From Amphiscolops sp. MND2022 (lineage: Eukaryota): 64,000 nt of DNA. How positions within the stretch are numbered: position 1 is the stretch's first letter; each line of letters begins with the position of its first letter. The notes under the pieces are model-generated. The model did not search any database and was not told the origin of the DNA. It was given only the letters and a program-made list of their open reading frames with translations. Made by a program: the position numbers and the translations under genes. Positions 26,210 to 38,451 of this stretch are shown piece after piece. The DNA lies in assembly GCA_964187785.1 (NCBI GenBank), contig OZ076419.1, forward strand, positions 32,674,001 to 32,738,000, given 5' to 3'.

Positions 26210-26233
26210 TCATGATAGAAATCAAAAAGCCAG

Positions 26234-26250
26234 CCCACCCAGGAGCGTCA
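26234..26250 (-). promoter_or_regulatory. Primer-binding site, tRNA-Asn-type
   Basis: TGACGCTCCTGGGTGGG 1 nt from the LTR end, complementary to the animal tRNA-Asn(GTT) 3' end pattern GCCCACCC(A/G)GG(AG/GA)CG-CCA. Confidence 0.7.
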
Positions 26251-26251
26251 C

Positions 26252-28302
26252 TGTATGAAAATTTAGCTACAAGGGTTGGAGAGAAAACCCAAGGTCTCAA
26301 CTCTTAACAGAAAGGTTATTTTTGTTTGGTAGGTAAGGCTTCTGCGTCGATTGCTAGCCCGACTACTTTTCTCTTCAAATTGCTCTTCGGCTCTAATTAA
26401 TCCAAAAAGTTTGGATGAGATGATACGATTACTTCTATACAGCAAAATTAATACTATCACAGCAAAGGAAACACTAAATAGTTCGCAACTGCCAAACTAA
26501 ATAATCTCTATCTCTATGAAAAGGAGAACAACCCGAGATTCAGCCAATCCCGTAGGGGAGTCCAATTTTTGTTGAAGCTCCGACGTCAACAAAGTCACAA
26601 GTCCCGGACTTGTCAGTAAGTTTTCTTTAGGCTATCGACAACAAAATCTTCTAGAAGTGTCTCTTGTCTCCGGGAGACTCAACTTTCTTCTAGTTCTTTT
26701 ACTCGGTTGTGTCTAATCGGTATACTTCAAATGCGTTTCAATTATATTTGTTTGTCGCGCGTGTTCTGGGTGGTTTCATCTTAACTTTCTATCATACTTG
26801 ACATTTTCGTTACATAAAGGGCGTCGGCGTCCTAAATTTGCATGAGTTTACCTTCATGTTTACTATTCCTTATATGGCAAGACGAACGCGGCTAATAAAA
26901 CTTCGAATAAACATTCCTTGCCGCAGACGACAAATAATTCACATCTTGTCCAAAGTTCACATTTCAATAATAATTCAAGTCACCCGAGATATTTTTAATA
27001 TCGAAGAAATTGCTAAATAACCTTCAACTGCATAGTTTATATGTTCTCTACGTGTAAGGGGTTTGTTTTTATCATCCTAGGTGCGATACATCGCGAATCG
27101 TTCCGCCTGACTGAAATGCATAAACTATCGCTTAAAGACGCTGATTTACATGTTTTATTGTACGTTTTCCTATATGTTCCGGGAATGCATCTAAAATGAC
27201 CTTGAGCTCCATCGGTGACCTTGAAGCTATTTGTCCTCATCTAATGTCACTACATGCCAAGTTATATTGTCCTCGGGTCAATGGTCTTCGAGTTACATGA
27301 TGTGCGTATCGTTTGTTTACTCAAGGCGGTCACCCCCGCGTGGGTTACATATAAGGTTTCCTTCACGTTATAAATCGACTACGTTCATCATTCCAGTTCG
27401 TTTGAGGTATTACAAGCCAAGGTCAATGTCTATTACCGGTCGGGCTCGCGCGTCCGGTCCCGTGCGCCTCAAACAAACATTACTCCGCGCGTGGTAGACC
27501 GATAAATGTCTCGTTCATGTATATCACTTAGTGTCGCTAGGTGAACTGAACATCTGGGACAAGTTTCATGATCTTCGGGCCATCCGGTGGCTATTTCCAT
27601 AACACTCCGGGTTTATTTACTTAGGGTCCGTGCTCCTCCTACGCGCGTCATAGGGTTCCGAAAATGCGCGCAAACGGCCTAATATCCTATGGGCTATCAA
27701 TTGCATATATAAAACGACTTATTCCTTGCTTGGCCGACGAGTTCGTAGGGGGGTCGACCTGGTCACTTCCGGTGCTAATAGCCCGGGACTGGGGGGAGGT
27801 ACGAGCTCGGGTACTCCGAGTCGAAAGTTGAGTTAACACCTCTAGCTTATGCATGCCAAATTTCAGCTCGATCGGATAAGTCCTTCCCAAAGAGGGGCGT
27901 GTGGTGTTTTTTCCCTCAGATCTCTGTTTCCGTCCAAAATAAAAACTTAGCAAAATTCGCTCGAAGCGGTCCATTCTAACTTAGCAAATTCGAACAATTT
28001 CGTTGTTGACGTCAATTCTATCTTACTCAAACAATCAAATTTACTCTTTCTATTGTCCGTTTGCTATCCGCAGTTCTATTCTCGCACGCTATTGCATTGC
28101 AATATAGTAATTAATCTAATATGGATCCTGAAAGTTACAACGAACGGGTGGGTTATATCCGATCCGGTGCCTTGCCTTCTCACATGGGTGCCCGTCAACG
28201 CTATCGTTTTGAGCAAGGCACGAAAAGGTACTCTCTAGATCACTGTCTTCGCGCAAAAGTAATGGGATTTTTCTAAAACGCCAAAGAATGAAAAATTCCA
28301 CA
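26252..28302 (-). repeat. 5' LTR (2051 bp) of the macrodomain element
   Basis: Direct repeat of 20383-22380. Confidence 0.97.
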
Positions 28303-28926
28303 TTACCTACTAAACATTTGAACCTGAAGATGCTTCAAATGCGATTTTCTCTAAGAACATTTTTGGTAGGTTTCCGGAAAATGTATCATGACCTCTCAGA
28401 TTAATGTGGCAATTCATGCATCAATGCCCCATGGGCCCGCATCGTGAGATTATTTGCGAAAATTTTCATTTAGATACATTTGTGGGTTTTGGATTTCAGC
28501 CGTTTTTGTGGTTGAATATTGTATCAGCAAAAAGCGACATTTTACTTCAATTTTTCTCATACACGTTTAAACACTTGGGAGAAACACCCCTGAAACTATT
28601 TGAAATTTATGGAGTTTCTTCTGCATTAAAAGTTCTCCTGCAAAAAATGCAAATTAATTTCCAAAAGTTTCTCCATCATTTCTACAAATGTTTCTGGAAT
28701 AGAATCATTTGAACATACTTCAAGATTTACACCTTCTAATTTCGAAAAAAACTTCCAAACATTGAATAATTTATGTCTGCGAAAAAAAGTGATCATTTTG
28801 ACTGAAAGCGTCCGAAATTTGAACTTCAAAAAAGCGCCATCACTTGAAACAAACAAGCTAAGAACAACCCAAGACGGTGTTCAAGATTCAGAAAGATCAA
28901 ATTATTTTGAATATGCGAAGGGACAC

Positions 28927-31900
28927 TGTGGAGAATATAGACAATTTTCATAATTAGTCTACCGTATTGTCTTTTTCTGTTGTTATACCAATTTATGATG
29001 TTCTTTTAATAAATACCTGCCAATTGAGTGCAGATGATACTTTATCAAAAAGCTTTGGTACTAAGCTAGAATAGAAATGAGTTTGAATGAAAACATCTCT
29101 TTTAAACATCATTGAATTAGAATACAACATGGCGCAGTCAGCATATCCTTCAAAGCTAGACGTGAACTCTACAAAAAAGTTACCATTCAACATTGAAGAA
29201 AATACGAGAGACAAAGAAAACACACAGACGTCAGCGGGAACACAGCAAGGTGGACGACTGCTACCGAACGACACAAAGAACAGGACGGTAGACCGGATCT
29301 GCACCCAGAAGCTCACCATTCCCACGCTAGAAAAGCAAGACCAAGCCAATGCAAGCATGTGGTGGAGAAAATTCGTCCAATAAATAAAGATGACGAAGAA
29401 CATAGATTTGTCAGCTATGACGAATAGCAAAGAGATTCTACCACAAAACCGTGATCAACTCAAAACAGATATAAAAGACATTTTTATCTGGGCAATCGGA
29501 CAAAATGCTATCACAGAGATGACAAAAACGGTCAGGGAAAGAGAACCGAGCTCACTGCCACTACATAAACTTTATACACTCTTTCGATTACACTTCACCC
29601 CTGAAAGAAACGTACACCACAGCAGAGTCCATTTCTTTGATTTGAAACGGGAAGATGGCGAAACCGCAGCAGATGTGTGGAAACGCATACTGGAAGTAGA
29701 GAAAAACTGCGAATTTGACACAATTACTGCAGCAGAACTACTAGCGTCCAAATTTTTGTCACTAATCGGTAGATCAACCGGTGATTATGACTTAAAACAG
29801 AAGATTAGAAAGAACGACATCTCTGTAGAAGCCATAACCGATGCGATACATGAATATATGTATGAAAAAAGGAATGACTCACCCGAAACGGAGGAAGAAA
29901 AGGAAATCCGGTACGTAAATAAACGAAACACGAAATTCACGAAAGAACATCCAGAAAAACCGGCAAAATTCAAGAAAATTGATTGCAACCCTTGCGGAGC
30001 ACCGAACTGATCACGACAACACGAATGTCCCGCTAGAGGAAAGAAATGCGCAAAATGCGGTGAAAATGGCCACTTCGCCAAATGCTGCCGCGCGAACAGA
30101 AAAATAAACTATTCAAAGGAAACTGAAACAAGCAGCGCGGGTGAAGATGACTGGACACCGAACACAATCCATTCAGTGAAACAAAAGATACACTCGACAC
30201 GGTCAATGAATAGAAATGGACCGGAATTCTTCACAACCACAACAACCGACCAATCAAATTCATCATAGACAGCGGGTCACCAGTAACGCTGATACCGAAA
30301 TCACAATTCAATAAAATAACGCCATAACGCCCTCTGGAAACGGAATACAGGGACGTTAACGATAACCGGATACAATTTGAAGGGAAAACAACCGCGAAAG
30401 TGGAAATCAACGGAACTCGAAAGGAACTGCAACTCCTAGTAACAACCAAGAAAATAAAATCCCCTACTAGGTTTGGACTGGATGAAAAAATTGGGGATAA
30501 CACTGGAGACTGGTAAAACCGTCCGGCAAATACACCAAATAAGAAAAGACCCGGACGTAAAGAATATAAAAACGAAATTCAAATAACTGTTTAACGAAAA
30601 CCATACAGTAAACGGGCTAGAAGTGAAAATACAATTGAAAGAAGACGCAAAACTGATACAGCGGAAATGAAGACCCATACCGATACATTTACAATCGGTG
30701 GAAAAAGAAATAGAGAAAATAGTAAAACAAGGCCACATTGAAAAGACCAATTACACTGACGAAAATTGCTTCGTGAGCCCGGCAGTTATCACGGTAAAGA
30801 AAGCTAAATCCGTAAAAATCGCACTTGATTCAAGAAAGCTCAACGAATTAACCGTGAAACGAAAAGCCCAAATGCCGAACAAGGAGGAGTTGATCTCAAG
30901 AAAATTGAGAAAAATAGCAGATTGCCCGGCAGATGAACTTTGGATTTCCAAATTTGACTTAGACTACGCCTACGGTCAGCTAGTATTCTCAAGAGCAGCC
31001 AGAAACCTATGCATATTCGCTGTAACTGGAGGAAAGTTTACCGGTGACTACCGTTTCCTCAAAGGATTATACGGCTTAGCGGATATACCGACGATCTTTC
31101 AGGAAAAGATCGACCAGACATTAGGAAAACAAACACCCGTCATAGTTGGATGATATTATCGTGGTAACAAAAGGCTCCAAAGAGGAACACATGAACGAGC
31201 TAATCGACGTCCTAACCAAACTTGAAGACAGGTACAGATTGAGCGAAACAAAAACCTAATTTTTCAAAACAGAAATTGAATGGATCGCTCACCGGATTGA
31301 TCAGGTCGGAATCCGACCGTTGCAAGACAAGTAACTGGCGATAAAAGAACTAAAACAACCAAACAACGAAAAAGAGCTAAAAATCATTTCTGAGAGCCAT
31401 TCAGTATTTGTCGAAATACATTGACAACCTTTCCGCCCAAACAGATAGTTTGAGACAGTTACTGAAAAAGAATAAAAAGTGGATTTGGACGGAAGAACAC
31501 ACCCTGGCTTTCGAAAATATGAAACAAAAATCACGGAAATACCGTCTTTGGCACTTTACAATTCTGGTTATCCAAACGTGACAACAGCTGACGCGAGTAC
31601 AAAAGGCCTAGGAGCAACACTATGGCAAGAACAGCCTAACGGAACATTGAAACCTATTGGTTTTGCAATTCCTTTTTTTATCAGACACAGAAAAAAATAC
31701 GCCATAAACGAACTCGAACTATTGGCAGTAGTTTGGGGCTTAGAACACTTCCGTCTATACATTTATGGTAAACCCATTAAACTTTTGACGGATCACTAGG
31801 CACTAGAGCCATTAATTAAACGAAATCGCTCTAACGAAACCTTAGCGCACGTTTAACACGGTGGCTGGACCGGTTAGCACATTTCACGATCAACATAAAC

Positions 31901-34724
31901 CATATAGCCTGTAAACACTTAGCACTTACCGAGTATCTCAGCAGAAATCCGGTATTATTCTACGCACTAGAGCTTCATCTCCAAATTTGGTTGCCTTAGC
32001 AACCATATCAACCAATCAGAAAGCGGTACCGAGAAACTGCCATTGATTGCTTTCACAGCGACGTACACACACACTCAAATTCAAATAACTTGAACAACAT
32101 TAAGCATACCACAATCACAATGGATGCTAAAATGATTGAAAACATTGAAGCGAATTAAAAATCGGCCGACATAAGCGAGCTAACTACTCGGTGGAAAAGA
32201 ATTGTAAAACCCGGGATTTATCGCATGACCGGGGAAGATGGAAGCGTTACCACGAACCTAAATTCCTTCGTAACGAAAGAAAAGTCATAGAGGAGCGACT
32301 ACAACTTACCAACAACTGGCCTCAAGAAGATCTCCGACAAAAAATCGGGCCACAAAACAGAGGAGGCTTTCAACCGCAGACCGGTCATTCCGAACAATGG
32401 ACAGTGGATCCATTCTGGGGAATGGACCGGCCAACCCCAGTTCAACAACAACAATCTGACAGACCCGGCCCATCATCCGCACCTATCACCATGGAAGAGG
32501 GCGAAATCGACTCGGAAACGGACCAAGACCCCTCGGTCCTAGAAGTACCAGCGAAAAATTGGGCACGATACGTTGGGGTAAAGAGTGTCCATAATGTGAA
32601 AATGGGACACGCGCCACGAATTGCGGCTGAAGAACTGAACGACTGGAACTTAGAGCAGGCAGTATGCGAAACGGAGAAGAAGTTCTCCACGGATCTACAG
32701 CTGCTCATGAGCGAGACCACGAACGATCCCAACCTTCTAAAACTCTGGTGTGCCTTGAAAAACAGCAGCACGGAATGATACCAGACAATAACCAGATGTA
32801 CAGAAGGAAGCTATCAAGCCGGTTCGGTCTTGTCTTCATGGAAGACAGAATTATTCTGCCAAAAAACCTCCGAACCAGAGTAATCAGCATTCTACACAAA
32901 GGACATCCAGCCATCAACAAGTTGACTTTGGCAGCTCGGCATTTCTGGTGGCCAAAAAAAACCGACGCAATTCAGAAGAAATGCGAAACCTGCATCCCCT
33001 GCAAAATGTCAGGTAAGAGTATAAAACCTAACATTCCCAGCACGGAACAAAATAGCCTAACCCCGGTGAACAGTCCGAACGAAGAATTCCAATTGGATTT
33101 CATCGGACCAATCACGGATAACCACCGCATCGTCAATTTTATAAACTACTGTCCATTGACTGGTACAGCAATTGGCCGGCAGCCAATTTCGGCAAACACA
33201 CCGACGGAGAAACGGCGGTAAAATTTCTTGAACAATATATCCAGCTGAACGGTATACCGAAGACAATTAGAACAGATAAAGCAACCGCGTTCACGGGGCG
33301 CCTTTTTCGTGATTTCTGCAAAAAACAATACATTAAGCTGAACGAGGGGTCAGAACATTGAAAGATAACCTATTAACGATCATTAGGGCCAGCGAACAGT
33401 TTGGAAAAGCCCTAGATCTATCCCTCACGAAACTAAAGAAATCAGCATTCGAACTTCATTACGGTCGAAAACCAAACACGAAAATAACCAACCTGCTAAG
33501 CTTGGACAACCTAAAAAATCTACCAAAAAATTCCATTTCAGCGAAGCCCGATACCTTGCAGGTATATTCTATCAGCGGAGTTGGCGGTGTGTCTGACCAG
33601 CCACCGATGAAGACAAGGAAAACGATAAAGGAGTTAGTAACTACCCTTTCCTTTTCTTAGAAAAAAACAACAGAAGTCTAAATTCGAAAGTGCCTATACC
33701 GATAAACCGAACATAGCTAGTTCGGGAACAAACCATACCGTAACAACACCAAATGGCAGAATAATACATAAGAAAGGTATTGGTAAACCTATTCATGATT
33801 TTAATTAGGACTGCAACAACAACAGAGGAACCGGACCGAGGGGACCAGACGGCCAGTTTACAAGATCACCATCAAAACCGACGAGAGTGTACGTGATCGA
33901 ATCAGACATCGAGCCCCAAACAGCACCACTAGAGACAAGCACCCCAACCACTCTGGACCAGTCAGACAACTCTACGGTGAAAAAGAGCATGGACGGCCGA
34001 GGCAAACCACTGAGGCTGATAAGAGACCGGCAGAACTCAAGCCGTCACCAATTCTCACCGGGAGGAACGAACAATACCGGTCCACTCACCATTACCGCCA
34101 CCGACAGACACGAGGATCAACCGTGCTATCGAGGACGCTAGACAAGCTAACGACGAACTTTTTATCAGAGACGATAACGGTAAGGTGTTTGAAAATCTTA
34201 CTTCTTTTCCTAAAACGGGGGAAGAGAACAACTTTGAAAATTGTTAGATATAATAATCTAATATGTCATGATTACAGGAGATACCGTAGAAAGGCTAAAC
34301 TCGGGTGCAACACTGGGTCAAATGGAAATGGAGACGAACAGCCCCAACTAATCCATACAATGGGTAACGAATCATCACGGGCAAACATTCACCGTGACAA
34401 CCATGAAAGCGAGGTTGGGTCACCCCTTCACAAACAAACGGACCATTGGAGGAACCACCGCCATACAAAGAGTAGACAGAACCCCATTGGCCAAACAACA
34501 GCCAAAAGTGAGAGGGGGAATGTGGAGAATATAGACAATTTACATAATTAGTTCACTGTATTGTCTACTTTTGTTGTTATACCAATTTATGATGTTTTTT
34601 TTATTAAATACCTGCCAATTGAGTGCAGATGATACTTTATCAAAGAGCTTTGGTACTAAGCTAGAATAGAGTTGAGTTTGAATGAAAACATCTCTTTTAA
34701 ACATCATTGAATTAGAATACAACA
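28927..34724 (+). mobile_element. Full-length but decayed Ty3/Gypsy element (Mag-like organisation)
   Basis: LTRs 28927-29129 and 34521-34724. Perfect TSD GACAC. PBS TGGCGCAGTCAGCA (tRNA-Ser-type). PPT AGAGGGGGAA. Domains in Gypsy order: Gag CCHC, IDSGSP protease, RT, RNase H, integrase. Confidence 0.96.
29129..33700 (+). pseudogene. gag-pol of Gypsy element C, many stops and frameshifts
   Basis: CAKCGENGHFAKCC; FIIDSGSPVTLIP; KIALDSRKLN, KFDLDYAYGQL, GLADIPTIFQEKID; TADASTKGLGA, YAINELELLAV, TDH; HKGHP, CETCIPC, FQLDFIGP, RTDK. Confidence 0.93.
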
Positions 34725-34779
34725 GACACTATTGTTAAAATTTTAAAATTTTGCATTGCTGAAAAAACCAGAAGGGATA

Positions 34780-35350
34780 ACCATAACACTGGAAAACCGC
34801 TTTTACAGTAGCTCGAGACATCAAAAAACCAAACAATTGAAAAATGTCGAATTTTTATCTTTTGGGACAAAGGTTTCATAGTGTCAAAAAACCAAAAAGG
34901 AGACCCTCTTATGTCGCAAAACGCTCTTTCCAAGCCAAATCATTCAAAAACTGCAGCGGTACACTTTCACCAAACGCAGAGCCGGAAACACTGTAGGTCC
35001 ACAGGTCTGGTTTTTCTGCTAAAAATTGAAGAAGAGCTTCCATTAAATACTTGGAAAAACTTTCGCACAATACTGAAAAAACTCAAAAGGGGAGACCTTT
35101 GCTCTTTTGATTACGAGCACAAAAAACTTGGTTTAGTGCGGGACACGAACCAACTTACTCCTGATTTTCGGCCCGTCATCAGCCTGGAAATCTGCGTTAA
35201 CCAGTGGGCCAAAATCCCAGTGGATGCTTGGATGTGACTGAACAAAAAACTTGGCTCTGTAAGAGGTTTCCCCTTTTTCCCAAAAATGAATCAAAATTCG
35301 AAACGGGGAACAACCAAGCTTTGAAGAATTTTTTTCACAGGGAAACAATC
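34780..35350. mobile_element. Degenerate copy of the HINE-like repeat family
   Basis: ggagaccctctt/ggggagaccttt and gtcgcaaaac motifs as in 5150-5450. Confidence 0.5.
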
Positions 35351-36050
35351 GAGAATAATATCTTTACTTGAAACACTTTTTTAATTTAGCGATGCGCAGT
35401 GCCGAAATCACACAAACGTGAGTATTCTAGACTGAAATGCAGAAATTGTTGAAGACACCGAAGGGTCAACGTTATAGTGAACTTTAACGCAATTCACACA
35501 CGCTAATAATCTTCGGAAAACTAGTCAAAACAAGTCGCTGAGTGGAGCTTGTCAAAAACAACTCGCTGAAAATAAAACTATTTTTTTAAGCACAATATGC
35601 TTCGGTTTTTCCTACAACTGCTTGAAATTTTCTACCTTTATAATAACCTGAGTAATTAATTTGTTTATGATGCAGTTCCATCGTAAAGCTAGCATGATAC
35701 TTGACTGATAAATGTTATTGGAACTATTTCCGCTATACATTTTTCAGCGAATTGTTTTTCGACTAGTTTTCCTAGATTCACTTCCATTTTCATCCAATAC
35801 AGTGATCCAAACAAGGCTGTCCTAGAAAACAAGTGTTGAAATAAATTCTGCAAAAAGATTGGCTATCCCTCTACAAGACACACAAAACTACTAAACATAT
35901 TTAATTTCGACATTTTCCACTTTTTATTCAGTCCTTTTAGATTAGGCTAAAATCGCCAAAATGTTACAGTCACTTCTTTTTTTTCATTTGAAACAGACAT
36001 TAACGGTATTAAAACGGATGTGGTGACCGATATGAAAGTTTGTCGCGATA

Positions 36051-36123
36051 TGCCAATTGACTCAGTGGTTAAAGCGTTGGCCTTCAAAACTAAAGAACGG
36101 ACTTCGAATCTCACTATTGACCA
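36051..36123 (+). pseudogene. Degenerate tRNA-like sequence (pseudo-tRNA or SINE head)
   Basis: A-box-like TGACTCAGTGGTTAAAGCG, 7-nt loop CTTCAAA, T-loop TTCGAAT, partial acceptor pairing CCAAT/ATTGA. Several stem mismatches. Confidence 0.55.
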
Positions 36124-36314
36124 TTTTCCCGCCGGTTTTGACCTCTTCTTGGCTTGCTGAACTCAGTTTTATAAAAAGATATTACATTTCTTGAATGTTG
36201 AATTGATACTAATGTAGCATCTCGTTCAAATATATCGTCTTAATCTTCTTTAAATATGGAAACTGCAATGTTCAACAATCAAAGCTCGCTTTCGAATGAC
36301 CTTTTTCATTTCAG

Positions 36315-36461
36315 ACGCAAAAACTAAAGTGGTTGTTGCGATGCAAGTCATTTCTGTGATTTGTGCCTCGGCGGCGTGCATCTTGTTTCCTTTTTATCTC
36401 TGCTGCTGCGGGGAATTTTTCGCTGTTGCCCTCGGCAATCTGGTTGGCTGTATCCTGGGAA
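36315..36461 (+). CDS. Candidate host exon encoding two hydrophobic segments (claudin/PMP22-like tetraspan?)
   Basis: ctttttcatttcAG acceptor, GTAAGA donor, 147 bp, phase 1-1. Translates to (D)AKTKVVVAMQVISVICASAACILFPFYLCCCGEFFAVALGNLVGCILG. Family guess is from hydropathy pattern only. Confidence 0.5.
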
Positions 36462-37352
36462 GTAAGAACCACTTATTGACCACTATTCCACTGTAGTTCT
36501 TTCCATCCAAGTTCTTGAAGCAGACAAATTGTTTTCTGGGAGTTTTTTTTTGCTTGACAAAAGTTTGTCTATTTTAACGCAAGTTCACGAGTAGAGAATT
36601 TTGTTCAAGTGCGGTTATGCACATAATAGTAGCATGACTGGGCAATCTTACGACGTTATAAAAGTACTTTTTTGGTTGTTTGCTCGTAAAACGAGACCAC
36701 AGTCTTACTACTATGCCGTTTTTAAACCCGAAGCGATTGCAGAAATGCAAGGAATCTAAACTGAAACGTAATTCTACGATCTTTTGTTCTTCGAGAAAAA
36801 ATCAAAAAAGTTTGTCAACAGCTGAATCTAAACTTCAGATATTTGCCTATGCTGTTAATTATACAAATGAGCCTTGTTCTCATTTTGACATGTGAAACAA
36901 TCGCTTCACCTGTCAATTTGAGACCAAGACTCCCTTTGTATGATTGACAATGCCGACGTATGAGATCTTGGGAGATTGAAACAGTTGTAAGTAGAACTGC
37001 TTTGGAGCAGACACTCACTGTCAGTTTTGCAACTTTAGACATTTTACTTGAAGTAGGCATGAATCTCCTGTAATTTGCCATCTTTTTGTTGGAGAAGGAA
37101 ATTCCGCCGAGTATTGGAACAAGAAATTTTAACATGTTAGATAGAGTTCAATGTACGACAGACTATGAATTTGATGAAAAAAACATTCGGACATTTTGTC
37201 AAAATACTGAAACTCAGTTTTTAGTTGTTTTTGTCAAAAAAGTCTCAATTAATATCTACAGAATCTGCTATTTAGGACAAAGGTATCAATGGTGCTGAAC
37301 ATTCAGTTTGTCTTCCCAGTTCCCTAGTTTTCAAAACACAATAGAGATTTAA

Positions 37353-37785
37353 ACCAGCAGGGAACGGCATAAGTCGGCGCCACACCTAAGGCTAAAAAAT
37401 CTCAGTGACTTCACAAGGTCAAGTATTCCCTTCTACAGTACCCAAAAAACTGGCGCGCTAAATGGGGAGTTCTTTCGGATTTTTAACATCCAATCTGTTG
37501 CAACATTTCGAAAAAATTGAAGCGAGACCCTTTGGAGGCCATGAAAAATTTTCGAAAAAAATCCCACAATGCCGAAAAAGCGGAAAGGGGGTTTAGTCTC
37601 GCCAGGTTTTGTATGTTACGTTGGAAACGGGAACAATGTTTATTGTTCAATTCCTTGGGACAAATCGTCTAATTTGACAGCTTAAAAGTTCGTAGAATTT
37701 TGTTCAAATTTTTTGGACAGTTCGTGTGGATTGAGGAAAGCGCCACTTGCATAGTCTCGTGCCACTTCATGAAGCGACCACCGAA
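37353..37785 (-). mobile_element. HINE-like repeat copy
   Basis: aaccagcagggaacggcataagtcggcgcc...gtcaagtattc...cacttcatgaagcg matches both ends of 4986-5645 in reverse orientation. Confidence 0.7.
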
Positions 37786-38451
37786 AACCAACATGTAAAA
37801 TGATTCCTGTCGCATGATGTCGCTTTCTTTTAGTACCAACATTTCACTCGTTTCACTCGAGGGAAACCACCCAATTCTGCCCACGGGCGTTATGCCAAAT
37901 TATTGAATTTGAACCTAGTGTCCGCGAGGCTACAGCAACAAATTTATCTACAAAATTTATAGTCATGTAAACCTTTATATTGTTTTATGTTTTGCAATTT
38001 AACAGGTTTTAACGCTTTTATAAACGGGAACTATACAATTGAGCTTGATACTTTTTTTGTAAAATATCGTTGAGTTGATTATTCTTTGATTGAAATAACT
38101 GCTGTAGGAAAAAAACGCATTCAACGGATCTAACGCTGCAGTCCAGTTGACCCGTTGCCCCCATTCCAATCAACCATTCACATCGCTGATTTAGTAGTAC
38201 ATTCATTCACATTGCAGTCAGAAGCATTTAACGTCCATTTTGTTAACGTTATCATTTACATTTAAATTTTTTTTGAAAACTTGAATAGCTTTATAGTTGC
38301 TTTGTATTGTTTTATCAACTACTTGCATGAATTTAATACTACTTATGGTTTTGCTATTGATTTTTCAATCGATTGTAGTAAGGGACGTAATGCTTCACCC
38401 AAAACAAAAAGCTATTTTCAGTTGCGGTGACGTAATTGTTCTCTTTAGGAA

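Larger units (their letters stand above)
20383..28302 (-). mobile_element. Ty3/Gypsy-type LTR element with ~2-kb LTRs encoding Gag-protease-macrodomain, lacking RT/RNase H/integrase
   Basis: LTRs 20383-22380 and 26252-28302 (TG...CA). Perfect TSD TTACC (20378-20382, 28303-28307). PBS TGACGCTCCTGGGTGGGC next to the 5' LTR. PPT AAAAAGAAGAG next to the 3' LTR. Confidence 0.95.

Noticed and set aside
36815-37135. 106-aa minus ORF with GSLGLKLTGE, faintly like a Penelope RT motif
   Set aside because: Single weak motif; no DD motif or GIY-YIG domain seen.
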